The notes under the pieces are model-generated. The model was given only the letters and a program-made list of their open reading frames with translations, had not been told where the DNA came from and made no database searches. Positions 26,880 through 37,420 of a DNA stretch of 64,000 nucleotides are shown in pieces. Numbering within the stretch: position 1 is the first letter of the stretch; the number at the start of each line of letters is the position of its first letter. The DNA lies in NCBI GenBank assembly GCA_035542215.1, contig DATKLW010000033.1, positions 15,651 to 79,650 on the forward strand. The letters run 5' to 3'. The position numbers and the translations under genes are program-made. The stretch comes from Thermoanaerobaculia bacterium. GTDB lineage: Bacteria > Acidobacteriota > Thermoanaerobaculia > UBA5066.

Positions 26880-29009
26880 CTACGGCGCCGGCGGCGCCCC
26901 GGTCTCGAGGTGCCGGATCTGCGTGTCGAGCGGGAGGCCGTAGAGCGCGGCGTAAGCCCCTTGAAAATACAGGACGCGCTTGACGTAAACGCGCGTTTCG
27001 GCGATCGGGATCGACTCGAGAAACTCGTCGGACGGCAGCGTGCCCGCCGTTTTCTTCCACGAGCGCACGCGTCCCGGCCCCGCGTTGTACGCCGCGACGG
27101 CGGACGCCGTGTCGCCGTGGAACTCGTCGAGGAGGTCCCGCAGGTAGGACGCGCCGAGCCGGACGTTCTCGCCGGGGTCCCTGAGGTCTGGCCGCCCCTT
27201 GCCGCCGTTCTCGCGGCGGAAGAGGGTGCGGCCCGTCGCGGGCATCACCTGCATGAGGCCGAGCGCGCCCGCCTTCGAGCGGATGTCGGCCGTGAAGACG
27301 CTTTCCTGCCGGATGACGCCGAAGAGAAGCGACACGGGGACGCCTGCCCGCAGCGCCTCGGCCTCGACGAGGGCCGCGTGGGCGAACGGGTAGAAGGCGC
27401 GCCGCGCGTCGGCGGGCACGGCGCCTTCCTCGGGTGTGCCGAGCTCGGGATAGCGGCGCTTCAGAAGTGAGGCCGCGCGGCGGTAGTCGCCTGTGCCGGC
27501 GGCGACGCGCGCGGCGAACACGGGATCGAGCGTCGATTCGAGCTCGGCCGCATCGCCGGCGAGGTCCGGGAAACCGCAGAGCATGAACTCGCGCGACGGG
27601 GCGAGCGGAGTCTCGCTCTCGGCCGGCGCGTCGCCGGCCGCGGCGGGCGCGGGCGGGGCGACGGACATGCCGAGAGCCGCGGCGGCCCAGCGCGCGTAGA
27701 GGTCGGGCGCGGCGCCGGGAACGAGGTTCGCATAGAGGGCGCGCGCGCCGGGCCCGTCGCCGACGCGCTCTTTAGATCGCGCGGCCCAGTACGTCGCGCG
27801 CCGCCGGACGTTCACGTCGCGCCAGAGCGCGGCCTGCTCCTCGAACGCGCGCCCCGCCTCCGAAAAGCGGCCGGCGGTGTAGAGGTCGAACGCGGCGCGG
27901 AACGACTCGGCGGCGCCCGCGTCGTTTCCCGGGTCGATCTCGAGGAGACGCGGGAGAAGGCTCTTCACCTCTTCGGCGCGGTCCGCGCGAAGGGCGAGCC
28001 GGACACCGCTCTCGAGGACGCGCCGGCGGTCCTCGTCGGCAAGCGCCCGCGCGAGAAGGGCCGGGAGGTCGGCGAGGCGCGCGTCGGCGCGCGCGCGCTG
28101 CGCGGGCGAGAGCGCCGGCGGGGCCTTCGCCGGTGCCGGTTTCTTGCCCCGCCGCCGGCGCGCGCGGCGGGCCGGAGCCGGTGCGAGGGCGCGCGCTTCG
28201 GCGAGCCACGTGAGCGCGGCGCGGTGCGCCACCTCCGGATCGGTGATCCCGTCGGGCGGCGGAAGCGCGAGGAGCCGCTGCGCGTCCCTCGGGCTGCCGG
28301 CCGAAAGCCAGGCCTCCGCGGCAACGGTTCGGACGCCGGCGGGAGGCGCGACGCCGAGCGACTTGAGAAGCGCAGCGGCCTGCTTCGGATCGCGCGCGGC
28401 GACCGCCCGCGCCCGGGCCGCGCGGGCCGCGGCGGGCGCGGTTTTCGCGGCCGCGTCGAGCTCCGCGCGGTCGACGTCGTCGAAGAGGTCGGACGCGCGC
28501 TCGGGCGCGTCCGGCCAGTTTCCGACGAGTGCGGCGAGCGTCCGCCTCCCGGCCTCGCGCGACTCCGCCGCCCGCGCGAGGGAGAGAGCGCGCGCGATCG
28601 AGGCGCGGGCGAGGCGGGGATCGGGCTCGGGGCGCGCGAGAAGCGCCTCGCGCACCGCACGCCTTTCGGCCGCCGTCGAGGCGAGGCGCGCGGCCTCGCC
28701 GAGAGCTTCGCGGGCGAGCACCTCGCTCACCGAGGACGCATACGCGAGGAGCGCGGGGACGGACGTCTTCTTCGCGGCGAGACCGGCGGAAAGCCCGATC
28801 CACGGCGCGAGGCCGGGCAGACCCAGCGGCGCGCCGTCGAGCCCGGCGACGAGCGCCGGGGCCGTGCCGTCACCGCGCGCAAGAGCAGCCGCGGCGGACG
28901 CGAAACCCCGCCGCAGGGCGGGCAGGCGCGGGGCGTCCGGCGCGGGAGCGTCCGGCGGCGGGCCGGGCGCGGCGAGGGCCGCGAGGAGCGCGGCGGCGGC
29001 GAGTCTCAG
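26880..29009 (-). CDS. Soluble lytic murein transglycosylase (Slt family); N-terminus probably extends to a CTG-initiated signal peptide
   Basis: SLT domain (...ESVFTADIRSKAGALGLMQVMPATG...YNAGPGRV). The track ORF starts at GTG 28730. The reading frame stays open upstream and encodes a signal-peptide-like (M)RLAAAALLAALAAPG with no canonical start. Confidence 0.75.
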   Translation of the reverse strand: MRLAAAALLAALAAPGPPPDAPAPDAPRLPALRRGFASAAAALARGDGTAPALVAGLDGAPLGLPGLAPWIGLSAGLAAKKTSVPALLAYASSVSEVLAREALGEAARLASTAAERRAVREALLARPEPDPRLARASIARALSLARAAESREAGRRTLAALVGNWPDAPERASDLFDDVDRAELDAAAKTAPAAARAARARAVAARDPKQAAALLKSLGVAPPAGVRTVAAEAWLSAGSPRDAQRLLALPPPDGITDPEVAHRAALTWLAEARALAPAPARRARRRRGKKPAPAKAPPALSPAQRARADARLADLPALLARALADEDRRRVLESGVRLALRADRAEEVKSLLPRLLEIDPGNDAGAAESFRAAFDLYTAGRFSEAGRAFEEQAALWRDVNVRRRATYWAARSKERVGDGPGARALYANLVPGAAPDLYARWAAAALGMSVAPPAPAAAGDAPAESETPLAPSREFMLCGFPDLAGDAAELESTLDPVFAARVAAGTGDYRRAASLLKRRYPELGTPEEGAVPADARRAFYPFAHAALVEAEALRAGVPVSLLFGVIRQESVFTADIRSKAGALGLMQVMPATGRTLFRRENGGKGRPDLRDPGENVRLGASYLRDLLDEFHGDTASAVAAYNAGPGRVRSWKKTAGTLPSDEFLESIPIAETRVYVKRVLYFQGAYAALYGLPLDTQIRHLETGAPPAP

Positions 29010-29019
29010 GGAAGCCCGC

Positions 29020-30702
29020 TCAGCCCATCGATCCGAGCGACTCGGCGCGCCCGTCCGCGAGGATCCGGACGAGCTCGTCCCGGAAGAAGTCGTTCTCGCG
29101 GCGGATGTGCTCCGGCGTGCGTTCGTCGTAGACCTGCCGGCTCCGCTCGATGTCGTCCTTCAGGCGCTCGTAGAGGTCGCCCGCGGCGCGGCCTTCGTCG
29201 ACCTTCTTCTCGTTGTAGAGCTTGATCTCGGAGATCAGGAGGCGGGCGAGGCGGCGCGCGTCGTCGAGCGAGCGCTGCGGGCCGTCGGCCACGCCCGCGC
29301 GGCCGCGCGGGACGAAACCGGAGATCGGACGGACGGCGGCGTCCTTCGGCGGGAGCACCGCCGAGACGCCCGTGCGCGGCGCCGGCTTCTGCGCCGTGAC
29401 GTCCTCGGCGCCGGGCGCCGAGCTGCGCAGAGCCGCGCTGGAGGCGCGGAGCGCCTCGAAGGCGCCCGTGAAGTCGCCCGTCGACGCGCCCGAAAGAGGC
29501 GACGGAATGCCGGATTTCGAGCGCACGGCGGCGGGCGGCGGCGTGATCGACGGGTACGAAGGCGATGCCGCGGGCGCCTGCATCGGCGGGGGCGGCGGCG
29601 CCCCGATGGCGGGGATCGCGCTCGTGAGGCCGGGGTCCGAGAACATGTGGCGCGGCGCCGGAATCGCGCGCTTGCCCGACTCTTCGATCGCGCGCAGGGC
29701 CTCACGCGCGTCGGTGGGTCGCGGATGCGGCGGCGCGGGAGCGGAAAGAGGCGGGGGCGGAGGCACGGGCATGGCGACGGTCGCGCCGGGCGGCACCGGC
29801 GGCGCGGCGACGGTCGCAGCGGGCGGCGCCATCGAGAGCGAATCGAGGTCCGGCGGCGCGGGCGCAGGCGCGGCGATCGTGGCGCCGGGCTGGATGCGCT
29901 CGAAGCGGGCGATCTGCTCTCCGGTGGGGGTGAGCGTCGGGGACGGGATCTTCTTGCGCGCGGCGAGCAGGTCGACGGCGAGTCCCGTCACGAACGTGAG
30001 GACCTCGATCGCGGCCTCGTTCAGGCGGCCGTCGTCGCCCGGCAGCTCGTCCGCGCAGACGAGCCCGGCCAGGCGGTCGCGGATGACCATCGGAACGAGG
30101 AGCGTCCGGGCGGGGGCGGGGCCCGAGAGCGCGCGGCGGAGCGGCGAGCCTTCGTCGGGCGGCTCGGCGAGCATCGAGCGCTGGCCTTTCAGAACGCCGG
30201 CGACGAACGGGTCATCCTCGGTCGAGAGATCCACGGAACGGACCGCCTCGTCGCGGCCGCCCGTCGCGTCGTACCCGACGGCCTTCCAGCCCGTGAGACG
30301 CTCGTTGCGCAGGACGAGGAGCGCCACACGCGAGGCGTGCGCCTGCGTCTGCGCGAGGAAGCGCGAGAGAACGTCGACCTGGGTGCGCGCGGATTCGACG
30401 GCCGCGAACGAGCCGCGGACGACCGTCCAGTCCGCCTGCGCGGGCGCCGTCGGCGCGGCAGGAGCCGGGACCCGGGGCGCGGAAGACGAAGCGGGCGCGG
30501 CGTCCTCGAGCATGAGGGCGACGAGGTCCTCGGGAAACAGCGGCTTGGCCTGCGCGGGGATCTTCTCGGACAGGGCGGCGAGGAGCGCCTCGATGTCCCG
30601 GCGTGCGTCGACGAGGCCCGATTTCCACGTCGCGAGGTGGTCCTCGAGGTGCGTGGACAGCGATTCGATCAACCGGCGTGTCGCAGCGGGATCCACCGAC
30701 AT
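29020..30702 (-). CDS. GAF-domain protein with long Pro-rich linker and conserved C-terminal helical domain
   Basis: Central GAF-like region (VALLVLRNERLTGWKAVGYD...LLVPMVIRDRLAGLV), ~150-aa Pro/Ala-rich segment, C-terminal LLISEIKLYNEKKVDEGRAAGDLYERLKDDIERSRQVYDER. Confidence 0.5.
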   Translation of the reverse strand: MSVDPAATRRLIESLSTHLEDHLATWKSGLVDARRDIEALLAALSEKIPAQAKPLFPEDLVALMLEDAAPASSSAPRVPAPAAPTAPAQADWTVVRGSFAAVESARTQVDVLSRFLAQTQAHASRVALLVLRNERLTGWKAVGYDATGGRDEAVRSVDLSTEDDPFVAGVLKGQRSMLAEPPDEGSPLRRALSGPAPARTLLVPMVIRDRLAGLVCADELPGDDGRLNEAAIEVLTFVTGLAVDLLAARKKIPSPTLTPTGEQIARFERIQPGATIAAPAPAPPDLDSLSMAPPAATVAAPPVPPGATVAMPVPPPPPLSAPAPPHPRPTDAREALRAIEESGKRAIPAPRHMFSDPGLTSAIPAIGAPPPPPMQAPAASPSYPSITPPPAAVRSKSGIPSPLSGASTGDFTGAFEALRASSAALRSSAPGAEDVTAQKPAPRTGVSAVLPPKDAAVRPISGFVPRGRAGVADGPQRSLDDARRLARLLISEIKLYNEKKVDEGRAAGDLYERLKDDIERSRQVYDERTPEHIRRENDFFRDELVRILADGRAESLGSMG

Positions 30703-30797
30703 ACTTCTCCTGACGGCGCCATTCCCGGGCCCATGCGGCGTCGTATCCCGCCATTATATTCAAGCGGAACGACTTGGGCCGGTCCTCATCGCCCGGA

Positions 30798-30826
30798 TTG
30801 ACGGACGGCGCCCCGGCGCTTAGCAT
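30798..30826 (+). promoter_or_regulatory. Sigma70-type promoter for rpsU operon (TTGACG-17nt-TAGCAT)
   Basis: -35 TTGACG at 30798-30803, 17-nt spacer, -10 TAGCAT at 30821-30826, ~65 nt upstream of rpsU. Confidence 0.5.
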
Positions 30827-30893
30827 GTGGGGTTTGCCCGCGTCCGGAGCTCGTGTCCGGACCAGTCGGGGCGCGGAAGGAGGGATTCCAGAA

Positions 30894-31100
30894 GTGCCGC
30901 TGATCCACGTCAAAGAGGACGAGTCGTTCGAGAACGCCCTGCGCCGGTTCAAGCGCAAGTGCGAGAAGTCCGGCATCCTCTCCGAGCTCAAGAAGCGTCA
31001 GCACTACGAGAAGCCCTCGGCCAAGCGGAAACGCAAGGCCATCGCCGCCCGCAAGAAGATGCTCCGCAAACTCGCCGAAGAGCGCCGCACCGGGATGTAA
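30894..31100 (+). CDS. rpsU: 30S ribosomal protein S21
   Basis: (M)[47 protein letters not shown]; GTG start with an AGGAGGG RBS. Confidence 0.9.
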   Translation: MPLIHVKEDESFENALRRFKRKCEKSGILSELKKRQHYEKPSAKRKRKAIAARKKMLRKLAEERRTGM

Positions 31101-31111
31101 ATTCCCGGTCC

Positions 31112-33520
31112 GTGTCCTCCTCCCAGGCTCACTCCGAACTCGACTGGCCCGGCGTGCTTCGGCTCGCCGGGCGCTTTTGTTCTTCGGAGCGCGGCCGGTC
31201 CCGCCTTCTCGGCACGGCGCCGTCCGCCGACGCGTTCGAGGTCGCCCGGCGTCTCGGCGTCACGCGCGACCTGCAGCGCCGCCGCGCCGTGCGTCCCGCG
31301 ATCGCGCTCGCGGGAGTGGACGAGGGCGCGCCGCTCGTCGCGCGCCTCGGGCCCGCGAACCGCGCGCTCAGCCCCGAGGACCTTCTCGACCTCTTCCTCC
31401 TCGTCGAGCGCGCCGAGGGCGCGCGCGTCGCGGTCCCCGTCGAGGACGCCGAGCTTCCCGACCTGACGGAGCTCCTGCGCCCTCTTGCGTCCTTCGAGGA
31501 CCTCCTCGCCGAGCGCGAGCCGACGTTCGAATCCGACGGGCGCATCAAGGACACGGCCTCCGCGCGTCTCTACGCGCTGCGTGCCGCGATCCACCGCCTC
31601 CGCCGCGAGGTCGTGCGGAAGCTCGACGAGCTCGCGCGCCTCCAGGGCGACGCGCTCTCCGGCGGCTACGTGACGGAGAAGGGCGGGCGCTACTGCCTGC
31701 CCGTGCGGTCGGACCGGCGCGAGGCCGTGCAGGGTCTCGTGCACGAGAAGTCGGGCTCGGGCCAGACGTTCTTCGTCGAGCCGCTCGCCGTCGTCGAGGA
31801 CAACAACGCGCTCGCCGAGGCGCTCGAGGAAGAGCGCGAGGAGGTGCACCGGATCCTCGTCGCGCTGACGGCGCGGTTCTCGCAGCGGAGGCCCGAGCTC
31901 CTCGTCGCCGTCGAGGTCCTCGCGGAGCTCGACGCCGCGCAGGCGCGGGCCGAGTTTTCGTCCGCGACGGGCGGCGTCTTCCCGGAGTTCGGCGACCGTC
32001 TCGTCCTCAAGGCCGCGCGCCACCCGCTCCTCGACAAGCGCCTCGCCCAGCTGCGCGCCGAAGTCTTCGGCGAGGACGAGGCGCGGCACTCCGACGCGGT
32101 GCCGCTCGACCTCGACCTGCCCGAGGGCGTGCGGACGCTGCTCCTCTCGGGACCGAACGCGGGCGGCAAGAGCGTCGCGATGAAGACGGCCGGGCTCTTC
32201 TCGCTCCTCGCCCAGTCGGGCTTCGCGATCCCGGCCGCCGCGGGCTCGACTCTTCCGGTTTTCGACGCCGTCCTCGTCGTCGCCGGCGACGCGCAGGATC
32301 TCCTCGGCGACCTCTCGTCCTTCGCGGCCGCGATGACGCGCACGGCGCGGGTCCTCGCCTCGGCAACGCCGCGGAGCCTCGTCCTCCTCGACGAGCTCGG
32401 GAGCGGCACGGACCCCGACGAGGGAGCGGCGCTCGCGATCGCCGTCCTCCAGGAAGACCTTGCGCGCGCGGGCTTCACGATCGCCACGACGCACCTCTCC
32501 GCGGTCAAGGAGTGGGCGCAGGACCGGCCCGGCGTTCTCTCGGCCGCGATGGAGTTCGACGAAAAGGCGGGCCGGCCGACGTTCCACGTGAGGCCGGGCG
32601 CGTCGGGGCGGTCGCGCGCCCTCGCGGTCGCCGAGCGCGCGGGCCTTCCCGCCCGCGTCCTCTCGGCGGCGAAGGCGAGACTCGGCGACAAGTGGATGGC
32701 CGCCGACGCCGCGCTCCAGCGCCTCGAGTCCGAGACGCGCCGCGCGCGCGAGGAAGCCGACGCCGCGCGGACGGCGGGCCTGAAGGCCCAGGCGCGCCTT
32801 GCGGATCTCGAGAAAGAGCGCGCCGCGCTCGCCCTCGAGCGCGCGAAGGTCAAGGAGAAGGCGAAGGAGCAGATCGAGAAGGCGCTCCTTGCGCTCCGCG
32901 AGAAGACGCGCCAGGAGCTCGAGCGGATGCGCGAGGACCTCAAGGCGGGCCGCAGCGTCTCGCGGGGCGCGCTCATGACGGTCACGCAGAGCGCGCGCGA
33001 GGCGGCGCTCGGCCTCTTCGGCGAAGAGGAGCCCGAGACGCCGTCCGGGCCCGTGGCCCCGGGCATGGAGGTGAAGGTCGCGCCGTTCGGAACCGTCGGG
33101 AGGCTCCTGACGCTCGGGCCGCGCGGCGAGGCCGAGGTCGAGATCAAGGGCAAGCGGATGCGCGTGGACGTGAGGTCGCTCTCGCCCGCCGCGAGCGCCG
33201 CCGTCAGGCCGAAGAGCGCTCCCGCGCCGGCCGCCCGCCCGTCCGACCTCTCGCCGGCCTCCCCCGCCGTCGTCGCGACCGCCGAGCTCGTCCTCGTCGG
33301 CCAGCGCGTGGACGCCGCGCTTCCGCTCGTCGAGCGCGCGATCAACGACGCGCTCCTCTCGGGCAAGGGAGCGCTGCGCCTCGTCCACGGGCACGGAACG
33401 GGCCGCCTCGCGGCCGCCGTGCGCGAGTTCCTGACGACGCACCCGGGCGTCGCATCCTTCCGATACGCGGACGCGGCCGAAGGCGGCCCTGCCGTCACGA
33501 TCGCGAGGCTCGATGTCTGA
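31112..33520 (+). CDS. mutS2: Endonuclease MutS2 (MutS domain plus C-terminal Smr)
   Basis: Walker A LLSGPNAGGKS, LDELGSGTDPDEG, C-terminal Smr-like domain (LVHGHGTGRL). GTG start. The track ORF has a spurious N-terminal extension. Confidence 0.85.
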   Translation: MSSSQAHSELDWPGVLRLAGRFCSSERGRSRLLGTAPSADAFEVARRLGVTRDLQRRRAVRPAIALAGVDEGAPLVARLGPANRALSPEDLLDLFLLVERAEGARVAVPVEDAELPDLTELLRPLASFEDLLAEREPTFESDGRIKDTASARLYALRAAIHRLRREVVRKLDELARLQGDALSGGYVTEKGGRYCLPVRSDRREAVQGLVHEKSGSGQTFFVEPLAVVEDNNALAEALEEEREEVHRILVALTARFSQRRPELLVAVEVLAELDAAQARAEFSSATGGVFPEFGDRLVLKAARHPLLDKRLAQLRAEVFGEDEARHSDAVPLDLDLPEGVRTLLLSGPNAGGKSVAMKTAGLFSLLAQSGFAIPAAAGSTLPVFDAVLVVAGDAQDLLGDLSSFAAAMTRTARVLASATPRSLVLLDELGSGTDPDEGAALAIAVLQEDLARAGFTIATTHLSAVKEWAQDRPGVLSAAMEFDEKAGRPTFHVRPGASGRSRALAVAERAGLPARVLSAAKARLGDKWMAADAALQRLESETRRAREEADAARTAGLKAQARLADLEKERAALALERAKVKEKAKEQIEKALLALREKTRQELERMREDLKAGRSVSRGALMTVTQSAREAALGLFGEEEPETPSGPVAPGMEVKVAPFGTVGRLLTLGPRGEAEVEIKGKRMRVDVRSLSPAASAAVRPKSAPAPAARPSDLSPASPAVVATAELVLVGQRVDAALPLVERAINDALLSGKGALRLVHGHGTGRLAAAVREFLTTHPGVASFRYADAAEGGPAVTIARLDV

Positions 33521-35336
33521 CCAGCAGTACGACATCAACGACGACGTCAAGCGCGAGGTCCTGAACGCGACGGACCTCGTCGCGTTGATCGGCGCCTCGA
33601 CCTCGCTCAAGAAGATGGGGAAGTCGTGGAAGGGCCTGTGTCCTTTCCACGGCGAGAAGTCGGCGTCCTTCTACGTCCACCCGGACAAGGGCTTCTATTA
33701 CTGCTTCGGCTGCGGAGCGAAGGGCGACGCGATCACGTTCGTGCGCGAGACCGAGCGCATGGACTTCCCGGAGGCCGTCGCCTACCTCGCGCGGCTCGCG
33801 GGCGTGACGCTCCCCGTGCGCCGCAGCGGGACCCGGGCCGACCGCGGGCGCGACTCGCGCGCCTCCGAGGCGCTCGCGGCGGCGGCCGCGTTCTTCCGCG
33901 CGGGCCTCGGGTCGCACCCCGCCGCGCGCGCGCTTCTCGAAAAGCGCGGCCTCACGCCCGAGGAGGGCGCGGCGTTCGGGTTCGGCGCGGCGGCGGACTC
34001 GTGGGACGCGCTCAAGGGCGCCCTCGGCGCCCGCTTCACGGAAGAGGCGCTCGTGGACGCCGGCCTCCTCCAGAAGAACCCCGAGACGGGCCGCGTCTAC
34101 GACCGCTTCCGCAACCGCCTCACGGTCGAGATCCGCGACCCGCGCGGGGAAGTTCTCGGCTTCGGCGCCCGCGCCTTCGGAGACGAACAGCCCAAGTACC
34201 TGAACTCGCCCGAGACGGCGCGTTTCTCGAAAGGCAAGCTCCTCTACGGCCTCGATCGCGCGCGCGACGCGATCCGCAAGGAAGACGCCGTCCTCCTCGT
34301 CGAGGGCTACTTCGACCGCATCGCGTGCGAGCGCGCCGGCCTCGCGTGGGCGGTCGCCTCGATGGGCACCGCGCTCACGCCCGCGCAGGCCGACCTCCTC
34401 TCCCGCCACGCGGCGACCGTGGTCGTGGCGTACGACGGCGATCCCCCCGGCGTCGCCGCGGCGTACAAGGCCTTCCCGCTTCTCCTCGCCCGCGGCGCGA
34501 ACGTGAAGCTCCTCGCGCTGCCGGACGGGCACGACCCCGACTCGTTCCTGGCTGCGCACGGCGCCGACGCGCTCCGGTCGGAGGTTGCAGCGGCGCGGCC
34601 GCTCCTGGACGCGCTCCTCGCCGGAGTCCCCCCTGCCGGAAGCGACCCCGTCGAGCGGGCGGCGAAGCTGCGCGAGGCGGTCGAGATCCTCTCGGCGGCT
34701 CCGGATCCCGTCCTCCGAAACGAGTTCCTGACGGGTCTCGCCCGGGGAGCGGGCGTCCCCCTCGCGGTCCTCTCGAAGGGAGGGCCGGCGGCCGAGGGGA
34801 AGAAAGCCGCCCCCCCGGCGGTTAGGAAGGACCCGGTGGCGCCACCTCAGGACCTGCCGGAACAGGAGGCCAGGGTACTTTCCGCCATCCTCTCCGACTG
34901 GCCTGATAGCGCACCCCTCGTGGGGCGGATTCCGGCCGAGCTTTTCGCACATCCGACTGCCCGGGAAGTCTTTATTGCCGTGAAAGAGTTTGCGTCTCAG
35001 CCGGGAACCCTTGATTTTTCGTCACTTACGACCCATCTTGGGGCGGATGCAGGGCCCGTGGCCGCCCAGCTCCTCCTCCGGGAGAGCAATCCGAGGGCGG
35101 AAAGTGGAATCGCGGCGGGCTCGGAGGGGCTCAGCCGCATCCATATCCCGTTGATGCAGTTGAAGATACGTCTGCTGGAGGAGACGGCACGCAATCTCCA
35201 GCCCGAGATCCAGAACGCTTCCTCCGCCGGAGACCAGAAGGCGGGCGAAGCCGCGACGAGACGGAAACAGGAACTGGCCGAGGAAATCCGCCGCCTCAAG
35301 GCGGAACTCAAAGCCGAGACGCAGAGACGAATCTGA
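33513..35336 (+). CDS. dnaG: DNA primase
   Basis: Zinc-binding CPFHGEKSASFYVHPDKGFYYCFGCGAKGD, TOPRIM domain; overlaps the mutS2 stop. Confidence 0.9.
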   Translation: MSDQQYDINDDVKREVLNATDLVALIGASTSLKKMGKSWKGLCPFHGEKSASFYVHPDKGFYYCFGCGAKGDAITFVRETERMDFPEAVAYLARLAGVTLPVRRSGTRADRGRDSRASEALAAAAAFFRAGLGSHPAARALLEKRGLTPEEGAAFGFGAAADSWDALKGALGARFTEEALVDAGLLQKNPETGRVYDRFRNRLTVEIRDPRGEVLGFGARAFGDEQPKYLNSPETARFSKGKLLYGLDRARDAIRKEDAVLLVEGYFDRIACERAGLAWAVASMGTALTPAQADLLSRHAATVVVAYDGDPPGVAAAYKAFPLLLARGANVKLLALPDGHDPDSFLAAHGADALRSEVAAARPLLDALLAGVPPAGSDPVERAAKLREAVEILSAAPDPVLRNEFLTGLARGAGVPLAVLSKGGPAAEGKKAAPPAVRKDPVAPPQDLPEQEARVLSAILSDWPDSAPLVGRIPAELFAHPTAREVFIAVKEFASQPGTLDFSSLTTHLGADAGPVAAQLLLRESNPRAESGIAAGSEGLSRIHIPLMQLKIRLLEETARNLQPEIQNASSAGDQKAGEAATRRKQELAEEIRRLKAELKAETQRRI

Positions 35337-35380
35337 GCACGGCGCCCGGGGAACCGGGCGCTTAGGGAAGTGAGACACCG

Positions 35381-37132
35381 GTGACCGTAGAAGAAAAACA
35401 CCCCGAAGTCCGGACGCTGATCAACCTCGGCAAGGAGCGCGGGTATCTCCTGTACGACGAGATCTACCAGGCGCTGCCCGAGGAGCTCGCGAACGCTCCC
35501 GAGGAGCTCGACGAGATCTACATCCGCTTCGGCGACTTCGGCATCGAGGTCGTCGACGTCCCCGAGAAGGCGACGAAAAAGGCGGCGGCGCCCGGCACCG
35601 AGACGACGGTCCCCGATCCGGCCACGGTCGAGAAGACGAACGACCCCGTCCGCATGTACCTGCGCGAGATGGGCACGGTGAAGCTCCTGGACCGGGAAGG
35701 CGAGGTCTCGATCGCGCGGCGCATCGAGAACGGCGAGGCGAAGATCTACCGCGCGCTTTCCACGAACCGCGTCGTGCTCGAGGAGATCCTCCGGATCGTC
35801 GAGCAGGCCAAGAAAGACAAGAACGTCGCGCGCGGATTCCTCGAGTTCGCGGCGGCGGCCCTCGAGGATGCCGACGAGATCGACCCGCGCACGGCGCACC
35901 GGATCGAGGGGATCCTCGGACACTTCAAGAAGATCGCGAAGATCGACGGCGAGCTGCGCAAGCTGGCCGACAAGAAGAAGCCCGCGCCGAAGCCGAAGAA
36001 GCTCACGGTCAAGGCGTTCGCGCAGTCCCGGGCGCAGCACAAGGCGGGAGGCAAACCGGTCCCGCCGACGAAGCCCGTCCCCGTCGTCGACCCGGCGATC
36101 GACCGCCGCATCTCCGAGATCGCGCGCCTGATCCACGCGATCGACTTCACGCCCGCGACGCTCCTCCGGATGGTGAACATCCTCCGGGACATCGACCGGC
36201 AGTTCGCGATGCCCGAGGCCACGATCCGGCAGGATCTCGCGAACATCAAGAAGGAGAAGAACGAGGTCCGCCGCGACTTCTACAAGCGCCGCGTCTCCAA
36301 GTACCGCCAGATGCTCAAGGACCTCGAGGAGAAGTACGGCGTCTCGCACGACGAGATCAAGAAGACGATGCGGCAGATCCGCGAGGGCGAGGACGAGGCC
36401 GACCAGGCCAAGCAGGAGCTCATCGTCGCGAACCTGCGCCTCGTCGTCTCGATCGCGAAGAAGTACACGAACCGCGGCCTCCAGTTCCTCGACCTCATCC
36501 AGGAAGGGAACATCGGCCTCATGAAGGCCGTCGAGAAGTTCGAGTACCGCCGGGGCTACAAGTTCTCGACGTACGCGACGTGGTGGATCCGCCAGGCGAT
36601 TACGCGCGCGATCGCGGACCAGGCGCGCACGATCCGGATCCCGGTCCACATGATCGAGACGATCAACAAGCTCACGCGCACGCAGCGCTCCCTCGTCCAG
36701 GAGTTCGGCCGCGAGCCGACCGCCGAGGAGATCGCCAAGCGCATGGACATGCCGGCCTCGAAGGTCCGCAAGATCATGAAGATCGCGCAGGAGCCGATCT
36801 CGCTCGAGACGCCCATCGGCGAGGAGGAGGATTCGCACCTCGGCGACTTCATCGAGGACCGCCAGGTCATCTCGCCGATCGACGCCGTGATCGTCGCGAA
36901 CCTCAAGGAGCAGACGCGCCGGACGCTCAAGACGCTCACGCCGCGCGAGGAGCAGGTGCTCCGCATGCGGTTCGGCGTCGGCGACGGCTCCGAGCACACG
37001 CTCGAGGAAGTCGGCAAGAGCTTCAACGTCACGCGCGAACGCATCCGGCAGATCGAGAGCAAGGCGCTCCGGAAGCTCCGGCACCCGTCCCGGGCCAAGA
37101 AGCTCCGGCCGTTCGTGGACGTCGGGCAGTAA
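35381..37132 (+). CDS. rpoD: RNA polymerase sigma factor RpoD (sigma70)
   Basis: Regions 1.1 to 4 incl. [14 protein letters not shown] and [18 protein letters not shown]; GTG start. Confidence 0.95.
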   Translation: MTVEEKHPEVRTLINLGKERGYLLYDEIYQALPEELANAPEELDEIYIRFGDFGIEVVDVPEKATKKAAAPGTETTVPDPATVEKTNDPVRMYLREMGTVKLLDREGEVSIARRIENGEAKIYRALSTNRVVLEEILRIVEQAKKDKNVARGFLEFAAAALEDADEIDPRTAHRIEGILGHFKKIAKIDGELRKLADKKKPAPKPKKLTVKAFAQSRAQHKAGGKPVPPTKPVPVVDPAIDRRISEIARLIHAIDFTPATLLRMVNILRDIDRQFAMPEATIRQDLANIKKEKNEVRRDFYKRRVSKYRQMLKDLEEKYGVSHDEIKKTMRQIREGEDEADQAKQELIVANLRLVVSIAKKYTNRGLQFLDLIQEGNIGLMKAVEKFEYRRGYKFSTYATWWIRQAITRAIADQARTIRIPVHMIETINKLTRTQRSLVQEFGREPTAEEIAKRMDMPASKVRKIMKIAQEPISLETPIGEEEDSHLGDFIEDRQVISPIDAVIVANLKEQTRRTLKTLTPREEQVLRMRFGVGDGSEHTLEEVGKSFNVTRERIRQIESKALRKLRHPSRAKKLRPFVDVGQ

Positions 37133-37176
37133 CGCCCGTCGTTCCGCGCCGTGTTATCCTTCGAATTCGGCCGTCG

Positions 37177-37252
37177 GGGTCCGTAGCTCAGCGGTCAGAG
37201 CCACCGGCTCATAACCGGCGGGTCCCTGGTTCGAATCCAGGCGGACCCACCA
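37177..37252 (+). tRNA. tRNA with CAU anticodon (elongator tRNA-Met; tRNA-Ile2 not excluded)
   Basis: 76 nt: acceptor GGGTCCG/CGGACCC, D-arm GCTCAGCGGTCAGAGC, anticodon loop CTCATAA, T-arm CCTGGTTCGAATCCAGG, 3' ACCA encoded. G1-C72 paired, so not an initiator. Confidence 0.85.
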
Positions 37253-37342
37253 GGTCGGCGGCAGAGGGAGATCGACAATCCGGGCGCGACGAATTCATTC
37301 CGATCCCGCGGGCGCTTCCGAGCGCCGGGGGTTCGTCCAGGC

Positions 37343-37370
37343 GGGCGCCGTCGAGCGCCCGTTTTTCGTT
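37343..37370 (+). terminator. Rho-independent terminator after tRNA
   Basis: GGGCGC-CGTCGA-GCGCCC followed by GTTTTTCGTTTT. Confidence 0.55.
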
Positions 37371-37420
37371 TTCAGGGGCCTTTTCTTCGTGACATCACCA
37401 CGAGAGATGGGAGCGAGACG

